From: Setoptus koraiensis
Lineage: Eukaryota > Animalia > Arthropoda
Assembly (NCBI GenBank): GCA_048013815.1
Contig: CM106586.1
Location: 12,214,001-12,278,000 of the forward strand
Direction: 5' to 3'
DNA: 64,000 nt
This document shows, in pieces, positions 12,601-23,872 of this stretch (within the stretch, counting starts at the first letter, position 1; each line of letters opens with the position of its first letter). Made by a program: the position numbers and the translations under genes. Under the pieces are notes generated by a model. The model was not told where the DNA came from. It saw only the letters and a program-made list of their open reading frames with translations, and did not search any database.

Positions 12601-15600
12601 CTGATTACGGCCGATGGTCATTCGAATATTCACCCAACACATTACTAACATTATTTGCATGCACGAATATCCATCACCCAAGTGTGCCATGAGCACTTTA
12701 GTCCGCTACAACGAATATCCTATTATGTGTAGGAGGTGTTAGTTGACAGCCTACAACTATAACTATAGCAATAGAAGCAAAATAGTAGAGAACAGTTATA
12801 ATGATAACTTTGATTCTATTACGTCACATGCAGCTAGTCAGTCTATCATGCCAACAGCAAACAATTTGTTTGTTGGAGATTTTCATCTCACTGGCAATTA
12901 GATTAAATCATTTAGCTTACCGTGTTTATTTATGAGCCTCTGCAATCTATTCGGAATGTTAATCAGTATTTAGTGCACCTGTGATAATGTATTCTATCTG
13001 TTACTGGTTTGTTGGTTAGTTCTTAGAGCAAGCCATCACATTAGATGAATTACTTTGTTAGAGTCCCACTAATACCTATTTGGGTCCTTCTTTGATGTGA
13101 AAAACCCATCGATCACCATCTTGGTAATTACTATCTGGCACTTCAGCAACGAACAAACAGACAAATTGACCAGCACAACAACATCGTGTAAGCGCCCAAA
13201 ATAGAGTATAGTTAATCAATATTAATGGGAAGATTATGGGGTGATCGAGTTTGCAGCTATAATTTGCATAATACTGATCATCCAATTGGCCCCTGGCTCA
13301 CAGACAGTTATCGACAACTATAGAATGCTTCGGCAATAGGTCAAACACTATCTTTCACCAGCCGTTTATATATGAACGACCTTTGCACACCCAATGACGA
13401 GTCAAGTCTTCGGAGTCTGGGGCTTTCGGGTTTGTCTGGTTTGTCTTGTTCCACGAAGCGGACCTCAACGAAGCTCCACACCGACCTATACGAACACGAT
13501 TGCTCAATACACTGGTGTATCCTAAAGCCTATTTTAGGATTTCCTCAGATAATTCATCATTTCTATTGAAAATACCAACCTTTATAGTATCACAGTATCT
13601 ATAACAATGCATATAATTGATGAGATCAATTTCGTAAATACAAACTGTCTGAAACTGTGCTGATTACATCATGCGGTAGTAGATATCACGATGATAGTAG
13701 ACATCTTAAGAAAAAATTGGTAACGTGGTTTTCCAAATTGACCTTCCTAGAACTACAATCACGAAAAAATCCATCATATTTTCCTTCACATACCACGCTT
13801 CAGTTGATTGTGTGCTTTCCATGTTCTCAACGGTTTCGAAAGACTTGACGAGAACTTTTCTCAATCATTTGCTTCAATATCAGATGTTACTTATACCGAG
13901 AAGTGCAGGCTATTAAGGTTGAGTATTCTAGGTCCGGGTCTTTTCATCGACGTTTACTTCATCTAGAGTATGCTAGGCATTCATTTCGAGCCATATCCTT
14001 CTTTCAACTCATTTCTGCCGTGCACTTTTTATAGATCGGATTTCTCGATGCAACTTCTTAATTTCCTTGGTGATATACTTGTGATACGCTCTTGCTAGTT
14101 ATTATGTATCGTTTTTCTGGTCTAGCTTGATGTTCATTATTAATCAGAAGCTGACGTATAGTAGTTTAAAGCACTCATTAGCCTCGGGGACAGAGAATTT
14201 ATTTTGCCGCCTACAAACCAATTCAGAGTCGTTCTTGATAGAACGCATACAGGTCAGTTGATCCCCTCACACCTATCTCCTATACAGTTTTTTAGTTCAA
14301 GGAAAAAGACTGGGGAACCCGATAACTTCAGGATAAGCTGAAGGAATCCGATCGACTGAAAATGTGCTGAATAAATTCCAAGAGATCATTTACTGCAGAA
14401 AAAGCAGAGATTCCACAAATCTCTCTTATTCTCAGTAACCGCTGAACGACTTATGACAATTTCTGATAAGGAGATTAGACATCAAAACATTCTGAGTCAC
14501 AAAATCGAACACCACCAGACGGAATTATTATCATTTTGGAAAGCTTTTCGAACACTGTAATAATTCTGAGAAAACAAATTCCACAAAATAAGGCGACTGC
14601 ATGATAATGTAAGGAGCTTTCGGAAGAACATCCGAACCAACAAAACTCAAGAAGCGATAAAAATCAACTATCCACCATCAACCATGGGTACAAAAAAAAT
14701 ATGAAAAAGCTAAATTGTCATGCTGGCGTCGAGCAAAGAGAGGCCCTCAGCAGAGCGACTTGCAATTGGTCTATTCTCGGCAAGGCAGAATGCCTGGCCA
14801 AGCTAGATGAAGTCGTTCCCATTATGGGTGGAACAAACTAGTTCCGAGGGGCGGTAAGCTTCCACCACTCACCATTGCCAACAAAAATGAGCACTCAGAG
14901 GAGAAAATTTTGGTTGCCGCCTCCATAGTGTCTCGATGAAGCAACCATTTTCTCCTTAGCGGTTTCAATGACTGACTATTCTATTCGACGATGGTTTGAA
15001 GTGTCTGGTGGTACCGAAAATTCCTCTCAATGAATCGGACAACTTTTGTCTTGTTGTCACAAAGAAATTTCGAAATCTTAATTTATTGAGAGAAGAAAGA
15101 GGTTTAGTTGGATTTTTGGAGGCTCTCTTTGCAGAAATTTATTGTTGGCCCGAGAAAAAATTATGAAAAAAAGTTTGCGAGTTCAGATCCAATGTGAGCA
15201 CGAACACACACCAGATGCTGGTCTGTTGGTATGAATATGAATGCGATCTTCATAACAGGGTTGTATTTTTCTATTAAAACTTGTTATAGAGCACGTGAGT
15301 CTCATAGTGTAATTCATAAAAGACCTCAAGAAATATGAACAAATAAAATTAAATAGACAGACATAAGGTCCGCACATCAATAAATGGAATACGTTTCAAT
15401 TCGTGGAATTCGAGAACTCGTCCCATCTATTAATGTGAAGACTTTATCTCCTCACTTAAGAAGTGCCTAGTGGTGGTAACCTCTCATGAGCATCTGACAA
15501 GTCGAAAAAATACCTTGCATCCAAACATGGTCGAGCAATCTCTATCTTACCATATGTCATGAAAACGATCTGAGTCATGCGTAATTTTGCTCATAATGGT

Positions 15601-16636
15601 AATTATTTTTTCAAGCAAGGTCCTATCTCCGAAGAATGAGACAATTTTCCTCCAACATGATTATGATACTGTATACTAGAGTGTTGCACCCACCCAATCA
15701 AGGGACCGTGTGCCTTTTTATATGCCCTTTCACATACTTTCATTATGATGTCCAAACACGTTAGGTGGACGACCTGCACGACCTGTACCCCTGCATTGTT
15801 TGTGTTAATCGGATCTACTGGTCAACACAATGACCATTTATCAAAATGAAAAAAGCAATCAAATAGATTCTCCGACTACAAGGTGTGTAAACAATGTAAC
15901 AGCCTCTTCCATTCTTACAACTGATTGCTTCAACACATGGATGAACTCTACGTGAGACTTAGATGTCTCATCATTTCTAGACGTTGATGATGTTTAGTCA
16001 CGTAGACTCAAGGTTTGACCTTTTTTCCCTTCAGAATTCACTCAGTTCACTTTTCTGAAATATAAATTGATTTTCGGGGTATTTTCGCCCGTCACGAAAG
16101 AATTTCTATACTCGAACACTACAAATAAGTTGTAACCAACCACCCATACCGGTACATGGTAACATTACACAAGCAACTAATACATCGATTTTTGGGACGA
16201 AAAAAATTAGTTTACAACTCGGGTTGGCTATATCATTTAGTCACATCATATTCGGCATCTATGTTATAGAGTTTAATCCATCAATTTTACACGTACACTG
16301 CATTAGCAGTAAGGTTTTTACAGGTGTAAAACTCGAGTTAGGTATGATATGAGTGTTATAGACATTTGATAACGGCGAAATGTGATCAACAACAACAAAA
16401 TCCACTAAGAGCTTACATATAATCCACTCTGGACATGACTTCAAAGCAGACGGTTAACATTTGTTTCTAGCCAACCGATGTTCTTATTTATCTGACCAAT
16501 TGATCTAAAGAAAGTTCTTTTTGTTTGTTTGTTTGTTTTGTTTGAAGAATTATCAGATTAGATACTTTCATAGCAGTACATTATGATGATTTAAGGTTGG
16601 TTAAGTTCACATTGTGAGGAGTCAGATAGATGATAT

Positions 16637-18944
16637 TTATGGTAACGACGGGGGCGGATCTACTACTAATCCGCCCCGACAAACAGCATTAGAAGAGGAA
16701 CATTTTTGACAAGCGCAGTTAACGGCATCCATATAGTGATACAATCTCAACTCGGGATCAACAAATGATGACGTGCATTGTGAAAGTGTCGTCCTTCTCC
16801 TGATCCTATCCTTGTGAACACAAACGTAGTGTATAGACTTTTTGTGGGGGAAAAGCCAATCCGCGATCTAGATGTGCAATATTATTATTGTTTGTTTTTT
16901 TTTTTTTAGAAAAATGTCGCATACAAAAAATGAAAGAGTTGTTATAATTTGAATATCAACGACGATGGTAATACTTTGTTATTGGATTTAGTCTGCTTTT
17001 TCATCTTTTTCAACCACTCATACTCCCACGAGTTTCGGTAAATTGAATTCGCTGTTAAGCCCATCGAGTCTACTTTGTTGCTCTCATCAAATGTTTCGTA
17101 GATTCAAATGAAAAACGAAATCATAGTAATGCGTCAGCCTCTACAGCAAAAAAAAATCTGCGATTCCAGATAGAATTATTTGTCCTATCAATAGATCACA
17201 AGTAAAGTAGAAGAAATCGATGTCGTTCAAAGAGAAGACCATTGTGTAGCAGGCTTACCTCACCAGAATCGCATCGGCCATAACAGACATTAGCAGTTAT
17301 CTGTCCCCAGCATTTGTTGCCTTTTGTATCTGTCTTGACCGCTCTGTAAGTATATTTTCTCGTTTTACAAAGCACAGGATCACCCGTTTCTACCTCGAAA
17401 CCCAGATTTGACATCGGTTTTTCTGTAGAAGATACAGGTTTCGGTTGAGGCTGTTGTTGTTGTTGTTGTTGCCATTCCAAGAGCCGATCAATGATTGCAT
17501 CTCGTTCGTTTTCCTTGTGTAAATTCGAGGCGCTGGCTAGCTGTGGGCCTTCATCAGATGATATCGATTGCTGTTGTTGATGTTGCGAATTATTGAATCT
17601 GTCCGATTGTCCAGTCTGCTCTGGTTCAGACAATTGATAGCTGCTGCTGATGATAGCATCAGGTAATAATGTCATAGATATATTATTGGTTCGATGATTG
17701 GGAGATGCCGAGTCTGGGTTTATAATGGCATCGCTCTGAATGATAGTTTGATCTTGATTCTTCGATGATCTATTACTTTTTCGATCGATATTATCATCGT
17801 CAGTTATCTGTATTGGTGATTGTTGCATGCTAGTGGGCATACCAATTGGAGGCACAGGCCACAATAAGCTAGATCTAAGCTGTCTGAGTGAAGATGGAAC
17901 GTGGTCTTGAGGTAATGAAGACGACGTGTCGAGTAGATCTGATTTGAGTGGTCTTCTAACACGAAATTTGATTATCTGATTGCCATGCTTTGTTTGTCTG
18001 ACAAAAGCCGGCTGTTTTTGATAATTATTCTTTTTATTGTTGTTATAGTAGCCGTTTCTCCATTGCAAATAAACATTGCGATTTCTGTTGCTGCTGCTGC
18101 TTCTGTCGTTGTCAATTATTTGTTTTGTGTGTTTTATATGTTGTTTATAGGGGTGCTGATTATATGTACTCGTTTCTTGCTGCTGTTCGCTCAATCGGTC
18201 AAACAATTCGTACCGATCGTCAGATTCTTTCATTTGAGCATAGTCTCCGTCATAAGCCGGCGCATAGCTTGTTGATGATCGTTGTGGGCGAGTAAACTCT
18301 TGCAATAAATCTGGATCTGTCTCTAGCAGATAATTCAGAATTGTCAATTTTTGTTGCTCTTCGCGGCCCATAAACGGATGATTCATTGAATTCTGCGAAC
18401 CCTCATTGTTATCATTACTGGTCTTTCTGTCGCTATCTTGATCAATTTGATAGTATGGTTTTGTTTCATAGTTGTTCAACCCTTTTTCTGCAACCAGTTG
18501 CATTGGATCTAGCACTCTCAATTGTGGGTCATGATTCTTCGTTTTGTCTGGACTGTCCAGAGTTAGAACTTTGAAACTGTTTAGTTTGATGTCGTCCAGT
18601 TTATTAGTTTTGTTTGTTTGTGAGGTAGGTTGTTGTTGTCGTTGGTGCAATAAATATGGAGTTTCGTCGAGTAACTGATACTCAAATGAATGAAAGTCGT
18701 CTCGTTTCTTGTTTTCATCGGTGCCGCTTATTCTTGTCGTGTCAATGTTGTTAAGAATTATCAGAATCAAAAAAGCAATTAACGACGATAGAATCCAAGC
18801 AGAAGATGTTGATCTAGCTCTAAGCAAATGATAATGAATGTCTTTTCTTCGTTTCAAACAACTTCTGGGTTTTTCCGAAGAATCGCACAAATCCATTAGA
18901 GTGACCGCTGCAAGGATAGAATGTTTTGTTGCAGAGAAAAGCAT
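16637..18944 (-). CDS. GPB5: Glycoprotein hormone beta-5 (GPB5, thyrostimulin beta) with very long N-terminal pro-region, 2 exons (18944-17259, 16867-16637), 638 aa
   Basis: Exon 1 ends CKTRKYTYRAVKTDTKGNKCWGQITANVCYGRCDSGE at a GTAAGC donor. Exon 2 (absent from the ORF track) follows a CTAG acceptor and reads IADWLFPHKKSIHYVCVH...QC...YHYMDAVNCACQKCSSSNAVC. This is the GPB5 signature with 10 Cys. Confidence 0.94.
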
Positions 18945-21900
18945 ATTGACTGATCAACTCATCGATTGTCTGTTCACTGAACTTGGCTTGAGGCTCGCTA
19001 GAATTGCTAGCTGATCAAATGTTTTGGGAAGTTTTTTTCGGTGTTTCTATGGCTGCTGACTTATGTTCAATCAAGTCCAAACTTTTGTCTCTCGGATTTT
19101 CTATAACGCTATGTTGAACTGCAACTGGAAATTGTACTATCTATATTTAATTTGACCTTTCAAGAAATCAATTGAACATTAGTTTCACACACTAAAGGTC
19201 TCTCATGATCTATTGTAGCTATAGGTTTTCTGGTATCCATATTGTACAAAACGCTTTGATTCAAGATGTTCTGATTTGCAGACAGAAAAGCTTGCGACGA
19301 ATTATGCAGAAAATTCAGGTGCTTCTAATGAAGAGTGTTTGTCGACGTGAACATGTGCGCAATTGTGCAAATGAATTGTTCACGATGGAAATGCGATTAT
19401 GAAATTCGTGTTATGATGTAGTAGTATATTCATTCTGTGAGCTATTAATAACTTGCGTGACACAAACAAATTCTTCTCGGATTTACTGAGAGAGGTGAAA
19501 TTCGAAAATTAAAATGATGTTCTATCCATGCGAACAATATCCATATGTAGAGATTCTAATGTTAATTCGCTGCATATGCTAGATATTTGACCAATGTGCC
19601 GCTATGTCGCATCATGTTGTTGTGTCTCTATTACGAGAATTCTTTTCCACAACGAATGCTACAATGAATTTGGGCTTTGGCTTGCTAGGTGGGGGCAAGT
19701 GGTAAATTGAATCACAGCGAATAGATGAATGAAAGCGAAACACGATCTACTAACAGGCACCAAGAAAACACAGTGCGCATGATCCTGTATGTGAATTGTT
19801 CCGACACTTTAGCAACAGAACTTGTTCACAAGTGTACGCCTTAAAGAATCACGACCACTCAACTGAATTGATTATATTGATGATAGATTGTTTGGAACCA
19901 TGGTAAGCTAAAATGATGCAATTAAACTTATTATTCACTCCAGCTTCTGTGATAAGCGCTGACGTCATATATACATGAATAGGCAATAGATTGTCATGTT
20001 GGCTAGAAACTGTCGTCTCGCTTCGCTCGGCATATAGTTAGCCATGCGCCAATTGTTCTTTTTTGTACCTCTTTGCTGTCTAAAAACTAAAAACGAGGCA
20101 ACATAGAAAAAGAAAAATCAATTATCCATGAATGATAGCAACAGCGGTGTTGCTTTGATCGAATTAAGATCTAACCATTAGATCGATGTAGAATTTCCTA
20201 TGTGGAGGTTCCCACTCGAAAAGTAACAGCCCCAGAATAAAACCAAGTATAGAGCGTTCTAATAGAAATTGACGACTGGCAGTGACTCTCTATAAACATT
20301 TCTAAACGTCGTTACTACAAGAATCCGATACTGTTCAACTAGAAGAGATACTTCTGAAGAAAAACGCTCTATATTAGTTATAGTAAATTAGTAATGCTAA
20401 GGTACATTTGTGCAAGACATGACATTGAAGCCAGGCTAGTGTTTGAGCAATCGTCGCACGAGAATTCCAATAGATATAGAATCCAGCCACGAATCATGAG
20501 GAAATTCTCTAGTAAGCAGAGGAATGAATTTACCGGAATTCATTAGAAAACAAAAAAAATAGCAAATGGTCGATTGTTCGAAATATTAAATTAGTGTCAA
20601 AGTTCAAGATCTTGGCACAACTGTCTCAACTGCAATCACTACTGTGTCGGTTGATTTGTTTGTTTTAGACACCTAGTGTACTAAAACCAATGTTAACTCC
20701 AATGTTGATGAAGATCGAAATATTAAAGATTTGCATTCGATGTTTAATATTCAACATTTTGAATTTCTATCAATTATTCGATTTCCTGATGCTCAACGTT
20801 CAATAAGAAACCAACCTGATGCTTCGTCGATATTGTGTGCTGTAGAGATTCCTAACGTTGACCGAACGAAAAAGCACAAATAATCTATTGATTGCTTGCT
20901 GATTTTCATTTACTCACTGTCACAATTTGAATAAATTCCTTTCTGACTAAATCTCTCGCGTCAGCTATTATTATATAACCATCATACTACCTGCATTCTT
21001 ACTGGAATACTAAATGATCTAAATCTCTTTAACAGATGGCGCCACATGCAACTTAGAAATATCTCCGATTTCTATTATATAATTGTATGATTATCAAAAT
21101 GCAGCAAGAATTCCAAAAGATTGTTTTCGGAATAGGTGTTAGAGATGTAGCGGACGACCACTTTCATGTCTATAAGGACGTTGAACGGTGTCACTACTCA
21201 AGGTTGTCGAGGTCGGAAGGGATGCCGAGTATATTGAGCAAAAATAGTAACCCTTATTACAGGCATATGTACAAGTTACTGAAACAACGAGGCGTGACAT
21301 ATAACTGAATTAATAAAGAACTTGTTTGTAACTTATGATTTCATTTTTCCATACAATATTCGTGAATCAATCATGTAGAAACGATTAGAAAAAGTTCATC
21401 GTCCGGTCCGCCTACCTACTACAAAGTAGTCACTGAACGACTTGGGGGGCGATTCTCCCCTATGTTCAAAGATATCTCTGAGTTCTTAAAACACAGAAGT
21501 GGTGTCTTTTGGCGAAGTTGGCGAATTCGTATTGGAAATATCCCATTTGGGTAGGCTCTCTGCAATCCTCAATGTTGCACATTTCTATAAATCATCTAAC
21601 CTACAAGGTTACCGCAATGTTCATTCAATAAGTCTCAACTGTGCTGAATTTCAACGAATTTCATTAATATTGTATCGAAAAATTCCGGTAGAATATTGCA
21701 AAAAGTCGGCAAAAAGCGGGCATGGGAATAGCGTATTCGTTCTCAGCTCGATCAGCCGAGAACAGATAGGCTATAGCCAGCCTCTTCTGACACTACCACC
21801 TAACTAGGTTACCTTGCTAGATAAAACATGCAACCCTCGCGCACACTTTGTTCAACTTGACTTGCCCCGCTGAAAAATACTTTCGCTGACACGATCTCCG

Positions 21901-22429
21901 AAAACAATTCTTTGGAAAGTAATCGCACCGAGACTTACGTCTCTGAAACGACCTAGCCAGAATCGGTCTTTTATTCTCTCGTGACGCTCGACAATAGATC
22001 AGCAAGAGAAACTGTTTTAAAGTGGTATTGTGTCAACTAGATGCACTTCGATGAGTTTGATCACATGGGTTATGTGCGGGATGTTATTCGCGTGCATAAC
22101 TTTGTCTATATTTTTATTTCAAGACGAAACAACATAATTTAACTGGTATGCTCATCCGACTCATTCTACCGTTCTGAACTGGACCAGGTTAGGTACTTTA
22201 GTCATGTTTACACATTCTAGAGGGCTGAAGATATGAAATTAACTATTGAAGCCAACTTGTATCACTACTGTGGCGATAGACCGACATTACAAATCTTCGA
22301 AGAAGTCGACATTCAAAAAACAAAAAGAAAACGCAAAAAGAACAAAGTTTTAAAGATTTCGGATCACCAGTAGATGTGACTGTCGTAGAATAAACGCATG
22401 ACCTCGATCAAATATTCAATGACAAGAGG

Positions 22430-23372
22430 ATGGACACGATCAAATTCAACATATTTCGACACGTAATTTTCATCTGTACAGTGGTCAACAGTTCAGTGAA
22501 TCTTCTCTCAGATAACGAGGAAGAAAAAGCGCAACTATCCAGCAATGCTTTTGGACCCATTCTCGGTAATCGTCGCTTGATAGATAGAATAAGGCTCAGA
22601 ATTGAACTATTTTTGAAAGCCAGGCAACAAAAACCATCATACTTGATATGGCTCATGATAGACTTTTCTATAGGGCTCTACTTATTATTCACTGCTATAG
22701 TGCTTGGCTTCTGCAACCAGAACGTTGGTTCAAGGTTAAAAGAAAAAAACATGGTAGTAGATTTTTTTGGTTATTTTAGCTACGCTCGCTTGATCTACCG
22801 GATCGGAGCGATACTCTTGATTGAAACTTACTTTCTTCGTTTGAGAAACTTCCGAAGAAACTTGATTCCGAATAATTCGGATGGACACTATAGTATGATT
22901 GACAAGACCATGACCTACTTCTCTTGTCTCAATTTAACTTTAAGAGGCTGGCTTTACATCATGGGTATCATCGATGCTGTTCAATATAAGGATGGTGTCG
23001 ATCGTTCAAAGATTAAATGCTCCACTCATGTTGACTGTGAAGCAACCGTTCGAAGACGAAGCAAGTGTATAGCGTCCGGTGAAGAAACGAATAAATTATT
23101 CGCCAAACAACGCCCTGAACCAAACAAACATGAGCAAAGAAGGCAACTGATATCTAGAGGTATAAGACAATATTATTGTGGCAATTATGATTATTACAAT
23201 TACAATTACAATTATTATTGTTACAAGTTTACATGCAGGAATGATCAATTCGACAATTCGGAAAAGACCAAGGAAGACTTGTTCGGGTTCAATAATGATT
23301 TCCAAGTAATCAATCATCAAATAAAATTTCCAAAGAAACTACTAGAAAACGGAAGTCCCCATATAATGGATA
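22430..23372 (+). CDS. Gustatory-receptor-like 7TM gene, copy 1 (5' part only, truncated by the assembly gap)
   Basis: Shares the paralog motifs MDTIKFNIF...VNSSVNLL, TYFSCLNLTLRGWLYIMG and FQVINHQIKFPKKL with the five complete copies. The frame is open up to the N-run. Confidence 0.8.
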
Positions 23373-23872
23373 NNNNNNNNNNNNNNNNNNNNNNNNNNNN
23401 NNNNNNNNNNNNNNNNNNNNNNNNNNNNNNNNNNNNNNNNNNNNNNNNNNNNNNNNNNNNNNNNNNNNNNNNNNNNNNNNNNNNNNNNNNNNNNNNNNNN
23501 NNNNNNNNNNNNNNNNNNNNNNNNNNNNNNNNNNNNNNNNNNNNNNNNNNNNNNNNNNNNNNNNNNNNNNNNNNNNNNNNNNNNNNNNNNNNNNNNNNNN
23601 NNNNNNNNNNNNNNNNNNNNNNNNNNNNNNNNNNNNNNNNNNNNNNNNNNNNNNNNNNNNNNNNNNNNNNNNNNNNNNNNNNNNNNNNNNNNNNNNNNNN
23701 NNNNNNNNNNNNNNNNNNNNNNNNNNNNNNNNNNNNNNNNNNNNNNNNNNNNNNNNNNNNNNNNNNNNNNNNNNNNNNNNNNNNNNNNNNNNNNNNNNNN
23801 NNNNNNNNNNNNNNNNNNNNNNNNNNNNNNNNNNNNNNNNNNNNNNNNNNNNNNNNNNNNNNNNNNNNNNNN
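23373..23872. other. Assembly gap (500 N)
   Basis: Run of N read directly; the round length suggests a placeholder of unknown true size. Confidence 0.99.

Noticed and set aside
14700-14960. WLLHRD on the minus strand, resembling the mariner WLLHHDNA catalytic motif
   Set aside because: Only six residues, and the downstream YSPDLAP motif is not recoverable; too weak to call.
16150-16240. Sequence resembling a transposon terminus
   Set aside because: No matching inverted end or TSD found in the window.
19225-19350. Plus-strand exon-like segment VFWYPYCTKRF..., first considered as the last GPA2 exon
   Set aside because: The true GPA2 terminal exon is at 9527-9619; this segment has no identifiable partner exon.
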